From: Tubulanus polymorphus
Taxonomy: Eukaryota; Animalia; Nemertea
DNA: 64,000 nt
Assembly: GCF_964204645.1 (NCBI RefSeq)
Contig: NC_134025.1
Coordinates: 18,637,101 to 18,701,100 of the forward strand
Direction of reading: 5' to 3'
Shown: in pieces, positions 53,203 to 64,000 of the stretch
Layout of the letters: the number at the start of each line of letters is the position of its first letter
Numbering within the stretch: position 1 is the first letter of the stretch
Translations under genes and position numbers: made by a program
Notes under the pieces: generated by a model
Databases searched by the model: none
What the model saw: the letters and a program-made list of their open reading frames with translations, nothing else
Told to the model about the DNA's origin: nothing

Positions 53203-54115
53203 TGTGTCAAAAAATTTCCAAAAACAGTACCATGACAAATATTGTAAATTATAATGACAAATAGAACGATAACCACACTCAAACGTGGTGAACGGATAAT
53301 AAGATAAAAACCCACTATCTACAGATTAAAAGAAATTTAAAACAAGAATCTATTATTCGAAAATCTAAAATATATAGAATACACCACGTTTCCATCTCAC
53401 CCTAGAGAGAATTATTTATACTCCCAAATTAATTATACTTCCAGCATATACACTAAGCACCACATAGTTGAGTCTGCCCCAATTACTCTTCACTCAGATA
53501 TTAGTACCAATTTAAATAATGGCTTTTCTCCGCACAATTCCCTTCTTTCTAAGTATATTACTTCATGCATTGCAATTAAGAAATCAACAATTCACATTTT
53601 TCTTCAACCAGAATTTATTTTCATTAATTAATTTCTCAAAATAATGTTGATTAATAGCTCAAAACATACATAAAATTGGATTATTTCAAAAGGTACCTGC
53701 GTTAGTTTGTGAATTAAGCCATTAATTGTGGATTGAAGTCAATAGAAAGTATATTTTTCAAGTGTTACTTTTTTCAACCGTGTTTTGGCCCTTGTCATCC
53801 CTAACGTTGGTATAAGCCCATCCGATTATAAAAAGCTTACCACCAACGATTAGGTAACTAACTAGATTATCTACTGCTCATACCCGGTCCTCCTTATTAC
53901 CGAGATGACGTTATTTACCGAGATCAACCGAGATGACATGAAATATAACATATTTATTTATACCTTATCGTTTTAACATTTGAAATCATGTTTTATCAGT
54001 AATAAATACCTTCTAGAGTCATATTTTATATATTTTTCCGGATATGTTGTAAAAAAAAATTTTGACTTCAAATATGTCACCTCGGTTAGCAATAAAATTT
54101 CATTGAATTTGATTG

Positions 54116-56315
54116 CAGTGCTTCATCTAGCATTAACTAGGGGTCCAGGGACACCATGCCCACTTGGGAAGTGGTTTCAAATGCTCAACAATCTAACAAT
54201 TTCAATATTCAACGTCCCCTGGTGACCATTTACAAAAACCAATGACCTTAAAACTCACCACAATCATAGAACATGTCAGCAGCTACGATTTTGTAATTGA
54301 TTGTGATAACAAAATATGCCTCGTTACCAATTTAATATGGAAATACTAAGTCATTCTACTATTCAACGCCCCCTAGTGACCATATTCAAAACCTAATGAC
54401 CTCGAAACTCACCACAATCATAGAACATGTCATGAACTACAACTTTGCAATTGATCATGGTAACAAAATATGCCTAGGTACCAATATAATAAAGAAATAC
54501 TAAGTCATTCTACTATTCAACGCCCCCTGGTGACCATATTCAAAACCCAATGACCTTGAGACTCACCACAATCATAGAACATGTCATGAACTACAACTTT
54601 GCAATTGATTGTGGTTACAAAATATTCATAGGTACGAATATAATAAAGAAATGCTAAGATATTGTATTATTCGAAATCCAATTACCTTGAAACTCACCAC
54701 AATCATAGAACACGTTATGAGCTACAACTTTCTAATTGATTGTGGTAGCAAAATACGCTTAGGTATCAATATAATGTGGAAAAACTTTTTCCCACTTACG
54801 AATGAGTACTGGTGACACCAAGATGGCCGCCAATTGCGTCATAATTGGCTGATGAAAAATACCTGTCTCAGGTATAAAACATCCCTTTCCAAAGAACACC
54901 CATCACAAATTGTAATGAGAAATGGCAAACCAGTAGGAAGCTACAGGACTCAGAATTCGGGCCAAAATTAACATTTTTGGGCACTAAAAAGGTCATAGGA
55001 CGGCCATCTTGAGTCCGACCGACCCAATTTTTGTTACGTTGATGGGCCCTGGGGGGATTCACATATATCCGAAAGATCAAGGTAATTGATCAAAGCGTCT
55101 TCAAAATTTCCCTCAAAAAGTTCAAAATGTGTAAAAAGTGCTGATTTTGGCGAACAACAATGGCTGCCAGTCGGCCATCTTGATTCTGACATGGCCAGTT
55201 TTTGGGCTGAAGATGTGTCTAGGGTAGATACATGTGTAACCCAAATATCAAGACGTTACCTTGAAGCGTCTTCAAAACTTCCCAAAATAACTGGATTCCG
55301 TCTACGGACGGACGAACGACGGACGAAAAGTGAACGCAATAGCCCGCTGGGACTAAAGTCCCAAGTGGGCTAAAAAAGGGAATGGTGCTGATTTCAAATA
55401 AGGGCATTTTTTTGCGTGATTCCATTGGAGCAAGGGCACATAATAACGCACTCACGTCTGTTTTAGGGGCAACCTGCAATGTTCCCTATTGCATAGAATC
55501 AAGGTACCCCCTACTACAATTGAGGACTAGAAACTATGTTTAACTCTGATTTTGCCATGAGTGACACACTTGACCACAGTACATCCTTACACCTATGCCT
55601 GTCAATGAACAAAAGTTAATCTAGGGCAAAATGATTCAGAAAACCAAATGATACAGCGAAAAAGAGCCAGCAATAGTGTATAGGCCTACATGAAATTGCA
55701 TATTTTTAATCTTAGAAATATCAAATTGATTGTTTTACATTGATAGTGTTAGTGATTGGCAATAACTGTTGATAATTGGTAAGCAGCCAGCTTTAGGCTA
55801 CTCAAACTAATTGTCTCTGCGAGTCTCTCTGTGAGTTCACCGAACAATTGTTTTCACCTTGTCGTCCGTTTATGGCGTCGTAAAAATAGCCTGAGTGTAT
55901 AAAATTTGTCTAATACTCTAGATAAAAAGATCCAGAGCATCACGAAGTGTTCAAAACGAAACAATCCATCGAATATACACTACCCGCTTTACAACGGCAG
56001 TCACTAGAATGATTGGCAGTAGTTTGGGAGTCAGCCAAATTCCTGGAAACTTAAACTAGGCCACGCGTCTGAGGCACTTTCACATAATGCACACTGACTG
56101 CAGTACTTACCGCAGGATACTTACTAACAGTCGATGCGACGGCTTATTTTGAAAGCCCTGACTCATTACTCTTGACTAACAAGGGCAGGAGGGCGGACCT
56201 ACGGCAAGTAATGAGGGCACAAGGGCGAGCATGGGACACATCTGAAGGGCACAAGGGCAGCTATTTTGGGGGGTGGGGCGAACCGCCCCTCTATTTTTGG
56301 CTAGATGAAGCACTG
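54116..56315. mobile_element. hAT-like MITE with 5-bp TSD, interrupted by HINE-1
   Basis: TIRs CAGTGCTTCATCTAGC; GATTG on both sides (54111-54115, 56316-56320). Confidence 0.8.
54136..55372 (-). mobile_element. HINE family 1 copy
   Basis: Both termini; very similar to copy 38989-40272. Confidence 0.87.
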
Positions 56316-56663
56316 GATTGATTGACGATCTCATCTCGTTAAAGTTGAAAGTTAATTTTCTACAAAAATATCCGACAAAAAATGTAAAATATGACTCCAG
56401 CAGACATTTATTACTGATATAATATGATTTCAAGTGTGAAAATCGATAAGGAATGAATAAATATGTTATATTATTTTCATGTCATCTCAGTTAATCTCGG
56501 GCCATCTCGGTAATAAGGAGGACCGCTCATACCAATGGGGCTTTAACAGGAATAATGCCGCATTGGCAAAATATCCACTGCACTCTTTTAGACCTTTTTA
56601 ACTTTGTTGAAATCAGACATTTCATCCTGAAGACATGCCTGTTTGTTATTTTGACCAACATAC

Positions 56664-56801
56664 CAATGCATACGTGCAGTTCTTATGATCACTTCCACCA
56701 AGTACAGCTGCTGCATCTTCTTCCAACTGTTTTTCCTCTTGAAGAACTTCGAGCATATTAATAACAGGTTCTTCCTCGGCGACATCATTATTTCCCGCCA
56801 T
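56664..56801 (-). CDS. UBR7: UBR7 (UBR-box/PHD E3 ubiquitin ligase) coding exon 1
   Basis: Manual translation MAGNNDVAEEEPVINMLEVLQEEKQLEEDAAAVLGGSDHKNCTYAL resembles the acidic UBR7 N-terminus (..LE.EA.AVLGGSD...C.Y); ATG in CAAAATGGCG context; ends at GTATGT donor, 138 nt, phase 0. Not in the supplied ORF track. Confidence 0.9.
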
Positions 56802-57110
56802 TTTGTTGAAGTTTCAACACTGATATTGCGCAATATACACTCTTTCCACTCACCAGATGGCAGAGCTACAGATTTATTTAGACTGGTTGGCTGTCCGAGA
56901 TTTATTACGCTGTGGGACAGGCAACCAGTCTAGCTATCTTTCGCAAGGTTAACCGTTTCATTGAAATATTCTTAGATCGGAAATGAGCTTGAAATCAGTA
57001 CAATCAATCTTAACTGAATCAGTTACTTACATTAAAATATTACTCACACTGAAATTTATTTATTTTATTTGAAAAAATGTATTTGACAGTGTCGCCACCT
57101 GGTGGACAGA
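56795..57110 (-). promoter_or_regulatory. Putative UBR7 proximal promoter with YY1-type start-codon motif and two CTCF-like motifs
   Basis: CAAAATGGCGG overlapping the ATG; TCACCAGATGGCAG at 56850-56863 (+) and TCCACCAGGTGGCGA at 57092-57106 (-). Motif resemblance only; TSS unknown. Confidence 0.4.
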
Positions 57111-59357
57111 CTAATTACTTCACACGTTCTCTCCGCAAAGACGCCATCATGGGTTTCGCCAATATTTGGAATTCGCATCCTAAAAAGTTTGGACAAGGTT
57201 CACGAGCTTGGTAAATATAGCCAGAAAACACTATACAACGATTTCGCACTATTAATGCTAAAATGGGCTGTTATAGAAAGCTCCATACGGTAGTCCGCTG
57301 AAACAGGGGGACCATGTATTAGCAGCTCTGCACGTTTTAGGAAGAAACAGTCTTTGTATAGATAGCTGAGCCACTTACCGTATGCTTCCTCTTTTTTACT
57401 TTTCTTAGATAACTGGTTGCACACTGGAGAGGGGGGTTAAAAATCGTAATTTTATGGGTACATTATAAATGAAATTATCCCTAATGATACATCAATTGAG
57501 CACAACGTTGACTTGTTCACAATAATAGGTATATTCATGTCCGCGCGGGGCGCCACTATCGATTGTGACGACCATTATTGATTAGGAAAAGTGTGATGCG
57601 CGTTTTGACATCGCGTAGTAAAATCATTCATAAAACCTGTCTATCAATGCAATGAGCTAAAATCTTTTGGAATCAACCAATAAGATCGATCTTTATCACT
57701 TGGGGTAGGGATTTCAGGTCACGTGATCAAAATGTGTCATAATTAGCGTTTTCCACGCTTCAAATTTTCAATCGCTCATAAAAAACGTATTCTATATCCG
57801 ATTGAAGCCAAACTTGCTCAGTATACTCAATTTACCGGTTATTTGATGTGGTGTAAATTTCATGAGTGTATCTTGCCTAGTTACGGAGCAATAAGTCGTT
57901 CAGCGCGCGTCGGCTCATTTCTAGGAAACAAGATGGCGGCCATGTTTGTTCATGCATTTTTCAAACACGTGAAAAACGCATGCAATTTTTTGGGTCAAAT
58001 CCGCGAGCCAGCTGCTGATTGGCTGGATATTTGACCTCAGAATATTTTAAGAACATGTTTCAAGCAGAGCATGTCGGTGCGTGCAAGTTTTGGTAGGCCC
58101 TGTATCACTCGGAAAAAGTCGTAAACATAATTCAAAGTGCTCATACGCTAAAATTAATAATTTTAACAACTTGCACTCTACTACATGATAAAATAAGATA
58201 CTTTATATATTGTTTTCAATTATTACTTTTAAGATTGATTTAGTAGTCTTTCGCGGATTTTGACCTAAAGTCGGCAAGGCGCTTCAAATTGTTTACATCC
58301 GGGTCACTGCGGGCTCACACCGGCTGCCAGCTGATCAATCAAAACACTTCCTGGTTCATTTTTACCATTCTAAATGTCAATTTAGCAAGTAAAACGTCAC
58401 TTTCACTCAATAAACTCATACTTTATTACGAAATCGGCAATATATAAGACGAATAATGGTTAGGCCTACCCAATTTAAAAACTTTGAGTATTTTGCACAA
58501 GAATCCAAGTTTTGTCTAAATTTTAGCTCATTTTTTGCTAAAAAGAAATTTTATTTTTCCTATCTGCTTCACCTTTAGGTAATCATCTCATCTTGAATAC
58601 TAGGATGTCCCTCTGAAAAGCAGTTGTTATTCATTTGTTCATGGTTTTTCAATTCCAATTGTCGACCCTTTGGCTAAATAACTGCCACTGCTAGGCCTAA
58701 AATACCCACCAACCAATGGTTAATCAAATAGATTCTAGAGGAGTTTATCAATTTTCTTTTGCACTCGAATGACTTGCCTAGAAGGAGACCTTTAATTAGA
58801 TACCAAACATGACATACTTTTGTAAAATTGACTTTCCGATGAAATATCGACGCAAAACAAGATGGCCGCCATTCCTCGAGCCTCAATTTGAGATATCATG
58901 ATATAGATATTTCATGGGTAAATCTGTTAGGGCCTAGGGATCTCTAAAGAAAAACAAAAGATTTTCCATTCATTTCAATTTGATTTAATTTCGGAAAACC
59001 ATGTAGTACGTAGATCTCTTCAACGCTTTATCCTATTCTTCTGCGGCAAGTGAGTATCTGAAATATAATGATAGTATTAGTATCTTTTATTTCAGAAGGC
59101 TTTAAAACATTGAACTTATCCACTAAGATTAGTTATTTCAAATAATAAAGGTCTATAAGGCCATATCGAATCAACTAAATACATTAAAGATGTAGTTAAT
59201 TAGATTCAAGATGGCCGCCTTGACACTTACCTTATGGTTACCGTGGTAATCGGTATCACCCTGATGCACGATATCTTCGGTATATTATCTCAAAATTGAT
59301 ATTCCATGTCTTAAGTATCATTTATCTTGAGAAATAAACTATAGTATTGCGTGTTAA

Positions 59358-59645
59358 CCCTTTCAGTGCTGGCTAATTAATACCCTATAGTGCTGAAGAT
59401 AATTTGAAAATTCTGAAAAATTCCACCCTAGTGTGTTGAATAACGGGAATAGCACTATAGTGCGTCTTCACCCTGGCGCGGTATATCATTAGTTACTAAT
59501 ATTTCACTATGTTTGACAGGTGCTGCCATCTTTCAAGAGAGATAATTAGTAATTGCTAATTAAATCAATACACCGCAGTGCGGTGTACTAGCAAAATCCA
59601 TCACAGATTCGTACACCGCACTGCGGTGTAGACGCACTGAAAGGG
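59358..59645. mobile_element. piggyBac-type MITE
   Basis: TTAA|CCCTTTCAGTGC ... GCACTGAAAGGG|TTAA. Confidence 0.85.
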
Positions 59646-60416
59646 TTAATGGTTATAGGAGTGGGTATTAATTAGATAATTAGTATGCAAATTAGCCTAA
59701 TTTACATATTTGTGCAATTACTTACATGAATCTAAACAAACTTTGTATAGACAACATACTGACCAAGTTTGGTTTTAAACAGATAAATATTCTCGGAGTT
59801 ATATTGGTTTCAATGTTGAATTTAATTCCTTTATCTGGCTAAAAAGCAGCAAAACCTAGACACTTCCTGTCTGATACTTTCATTGGAAATGAACTAAAGT
59901 GTATTGCGCAATCGAATGACAAAAATACCCCAAATTTCCACCCTTGGATTGCTCAAAACTTTTGAACCGCTTGACCAATTTTGATTCTGTAAAGTGCTAT
60001 ATGTTTATGCTATCCCCTTCTTCATTTTAAGCTATTAGAAAGACACATAGGACACATAGAAATTTTCAACCTGAAATCCCTACTTGGGGGTTGGTTTAGT
60101 GTATAAATCCGCATTTTGGACGAAGAAAATAGAAATCAAAATATACCCTTTTTCAAGATCAAAATTCGTCAGCTTAGGACCCGGAATAAGCAACGAATCG
60201 GAAGGTTTAGGATCTCAAAATTCAAATACTGAAGACCGCATGATTTTATTTCGTGTCGGGGCTGAGCGATCGCTGCCGGAAAATTTAATGTCTAAGTTTT
60301 GCGTTGAAGCGAGCGATACAAAATGGCGGCCGGCACTTGTTATTGAATGACGACGCGCCGCGCTGCTCGAGATGAGATCAATATTCAACAATTATTCATC
60401 GGTCTAGCGGTGAATC

Positions 60417-60620
60417 ATTAGGGTTTTCTGACTTTCGTCGAAAACCCTCTTGAAATTCTGTTGATTATTATAATTATATATTTTCCGCCAAAAAGAGGAT
60501 TGCTCCGATAATATCCAAATCATCTCATTTTATTTTTTCCATCAAATACACGGTAATTAATTTTTCCTTTCGATCACATGCATCCAGAAAACCCATTATC
60601 GCTGCTTTGCAGCTATATTT
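60417..60620 (+). mobile_element. Short HINE-2-related element in opposite orientation
   Basis: 5' hairpin AGGGTTTTC..GAAAACCCT followed by ATT-rich tract; 3' end GAAAACCCATTATCGCTGCTTTGCAGCTATATTT is the reverse complement of the HINE-2 terminus. Confidence 0.6.
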
Positions 60621-62243
60621 GTTATATATTTGCTATATTTTTTTTGCGCGCGGATCGCCACTACGCTCCTGTCGGTAAAGCGGCTGTTGAAAGAGGGAGG
60701 CGTCTAATGGGATGAATTGAGGCTTGTTACGGGCAAAAATAGAGGCGAGTGATGGGACAGTGAGGCTCCCGAGGGGATTTTCCAAAAGCAGCAAAATTGA
60801 AATATATATAAAATATTGTTGAAGTTTTGCTCAAAACAAAACAAATGGATTATTATTTAGTTATTATTAGTAGTATTACTTTTGCCTGGTTTATGTTTCT
60901 AAACTGATTGATTTTATAATGATATCATGAATATATTTCAAATTTCAGCGTTTTGAGCTAGGCCAAGCCTAATTTTCTGCTTTTCTTAACTAAAATCCAT
61001 TTAGCAAATCATATATAAAATTGGTATATTTAAATCAATTTGCAATAGGAGCCTATGGCTATAGACCTAACTGACAGGCCTTAATAATCATGTTTATTCA
61101 TTTCAAAAATTATGTAGTGAAAAAAATAATTTCATCTGAAATCATATCAATATTTCTCAATATTTCACCTTTTTTTTTTTGTCGTTACCATGGAAACCTA
61201 ATAATAATAATCTACATAATAATAGATATTCCTAGATAAACTTAGGGCAAACATGAACTATTGATAACTAGTTATTCTATCCCCTTTCTACATCATAACT
61301 TTTGATCTAACATCGATATTTTCATTATTTTACCATTTTTTCGGCTGGTTTCCATGGAAACCATATGCATTTGGAATCAGATAAAAATTTTGGGTCTTTC
61401 AACTGTCACCTGAAAGTGCTATGAGTGTATTGCTCTTTAAATTTCTAGTCTCTTTTAGTTTAAGAGATATTGAAGTTTGTTTACATGAAATATTGCCTTC
61501 TTAGATAACAGTTTTTGTGTATTGAAACATGAAGACACTTTTCGCTCAAATTTTCAAACTTCAATTTGCGATATCTCGAAAACTACTGAAGATAATTCAA
61601 AAATTTAAAAAGCATATTGTTATTTGAGCCCTCCCCATTCCGAACAAGCTTTATTTCAGTAAGATTGGAGCTATTTGAATTTTTAATGGATATAGCTAAC
61701 AATAATGCTGCTGTAGCGCTATGGATCGCCTACGGCTACGCACACTGGGATTCCTGCGCTATGTATTGCTTAAGTATGCAGGGAATTGTGCGTCATCTGG
61801 AGTTTGAGAATCGTCATGAAAATCTTAAATTTGATTTCTCTTAACGATATCATCTGAAAAAATATAACAAACCAATGTTTGAAAAAAGTGATCTAATTGA
61901 GCTCTTAGAAACGGAGAAAAATATGAAATTATGGAAGTAAAAAGTTTGTTGTTGAAGATGGCGCTAGCTTGCGCTATTTGACGTTGTGGATCGGGTCCGT
62001 ACACAAGGACTAGTCGCTAAAGCTGCGCTGTTACCGGTATGTGATCCACTTATTTTTTCGCTGGATTGCCTCTGTCCCGGCACTATGGATCCCTAATTTT
62101 CGTTTCCCGACCCCCAGTAGGGCGGGAACGTTCATTGACTAGTGCATAATGAGGATTTATTCATCAGCTGAATGCACAGGGGTTTGGTGATGGGCTTGGA
62201 TTTTATTTCCTGGTTGTTGATAATCTCGCGAGGATGGCGCTTG

Positions 62244-63341
62244 CAGGGCTGCCAATGTCTCCGATTTTGGCGGAGTTTGCTACGGTAAAACCAGTAGAAC
62301 TCCGTTGCTACGGGAGTGGTGAAAAAACTACGTCGGTCTCATTCCGGTACTCCGCCGAAGAGTCAATCGAATACGCCCATAATCAATTTCACTTCGGTGT
62401 TCCGTTAGAATGCCAATCGAATACGCTCAAATTTATTTCACTCCGGTGTTCCGTTAGAATGCCAATCGAATACGCTAACATCAATTTTGTCATTGTTAAA
62501 TCCTATCCACAGAACGGTAGTCATGTCCGCATGCGCAGTTATCAATAAGCGATCATGAAATGTGATAGTCGGCGGTTGGATTTTCGGCATACGAATCGAA
62601 TTCCGATGATGATGAAAGCGAATCGGAAGAAGGTGAAGTAACTGCGAGGAAGAGAAAATCCAAACAAGGGACTAGTAACGAACAACAGAAAAAAAACCTT
62701 TGTCGCCAATCAAAAATTCAGAGCAGAATATACGTCCAAGTATCCGTGCATTGTTCCATCTCAAATATCAAATGGTTATGCACTGTGTACTGTCTGTAAC
62801 GTTGATTTTCTTGTTACACACGGTGGGTTGACAGATGTCGGGAAACATTGTGAAGAAAGCAAAAGTAACGAAGCTAAGGCAAAAGCGTCTAAAATCACTC
62901 GCTATTTCACATCAAATACTCCAACAGCAGATGAATTGTGAACCCTAAGGGCGGAGGTGATGTTTATTAATTTTTTGGTCGAACACAACATAGCTTTTGC
63001 AGTATCAGATCATGCTACACGACTCTTTAAAAAGATGTTAAAAAATCTAAAAGGTATTTTTTGATAGCAATGATAGCAATAATGCGTAAATCTAATGTGT
63101 GTATATTTCTTTGTGAAGGAGAGTTTAACAATCAATTTTTTAATAAATACAAACAGAATTTTATCATTATTTCGAGTTTTTCTTGGTATTATTATCTGGT
63201 CGTTTCGGCTGCTACTGAGAATCAATGATTAGCTACTATCACTAGAATGTTTGATTTTGCCTGCTACTGACTGAAATGAGAAAACTACTATCAAAATTGT
63301 ATTGTGTTACTACAAAAAAAATTGTGAAGTTGGCAGGTCTG
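62244..63341 (+). mobile_element. Internally deleted hAT transposon with N-terminal transposase remnant, 6-bp TSD
   Basis: TIRs CAGGGCTGCCAA / TTGGCAGGTCTG; TSD CGCTTG; 62710-63053 translates KFRAEYTSKYPCI...ALCTVCNVDFLVTHGGLTDVGKH...*..AEVMFINFLVEHNIAFAVSDHATRLFKKM (zinc finger and EHN motif typical of hAT transposase N-termini). Confidence 0.85.
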
Positions 63342-64000
63342 CGCTTGATATGAACTCCAAATAAATTCAAGATATCACAGAAATTCCTCTGTTTATATTG
63401 TTTATTTATCCGCTATTAAGTTCCGATGAACAATTGACTAGCGATAATATTTCTTACTATACATCGTCACGCGTAATCCTTTAGGTATGATATCCTGACA
63501 ATGTGTTGGATTCCATAAAACCTCACTTCAAACGCTGAAGATCGCTACTGCAGATCCAAGCTACAGCCTCTTTCTTCTGAGCCACTGTAACTTTTTCATA
63601 CCATTTGAATTTTTTAACTACATTCCACTTGGACTAACCCTATCCTTTGCTGTAAGACAGACACTTAGGTTATACATAAGTGAAATAATTTTATTTTTGT
63701 TAGAATATTTTATTACATATAGATGTTCGCAGTGGAAGTTACGGAAAGTTAAAGGAATCAGTTCGTTATACCCAGTGTGAAAAATCATTAATTTTCTTTA
63801 CTTGGAAAAATTTCTATATTTGTTATCTGATTAACCCTTGCATCCAAATTCATTATAACCAGGTTGCACTGTATAGCGATAACCAAAATAATGCTGTATC
63901 TGCAAAATATCACCTTCCAATGAAAATTTTGAGTTGAGCATTTGTAACCTGGTTACCATTCTCAAGTAGTCATGGTGCCCTAGTATTTCTGAGATTGTAC

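Larger units (their letters stand above)
53885..56525. mobile_element. Long-TIR MITE with 8-bp TSD hosting hAT MITE (54116-56315) and HINE-1 (54136-55372)
   Basis: CGGTCCTCCTTATTACCGAGATG / CATCTCGGTAATAAGGAGGACCG termini, ~200-bp imperfect arms, TSD CTCATACC at 53877-53884 and 56526-56533. Confidence 0.85.

Noticed and set aside
56588-56833. 81-aa minus-strand ORF in the track
   Set aside because: Wrong frame; the overlapping frame encodes UBR7 exon 1.

Overview
AT-rich eukaryotic (animal; by repeat content probably a marine invertebrate, organism not determinable from the window) genomic DNA. The only host gene I can support is a minus-strand UBR7 orthologue (UBR-box + PHD E3 ligase): eight GT-AG-flanked coding exons from the ATG at 56801 down to 9739 join in frame (1069 nt); the last exon(s) must lie left of the window. 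Its large introns are almost entirely nested, decayed mobile DNA: two Gypsy LTR retrotransposon remnants (one with RT/RNase H deleted), a 5'-truncated CR1/L2-group LINE, a degenerate DIRS (tyrosine-recombinase) retroelement, hAT-like elements with 5- and 6-bp TSDs, piggyBac and TA-TSD MITEs, possible Penelope remnants, and several families of Helentron-type non-autonomous elements (HINE/DINE-1-like). Most interesting: one HINE family carries ~153-bp tandem units each with a CTCF-consensus motif plus YY1-like motifs; a second HINE family carries a 31-bp palindromic satellite and a captured LINE RT fragment and nests into its own microsatellite; every HINE copy inside the gene shares one orientation while the copy upstream of the promoter is inverted. 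No prokaryotic system or CRISPR array is supported; the long repetitive minus-strand ORFs are satellite artefacts.
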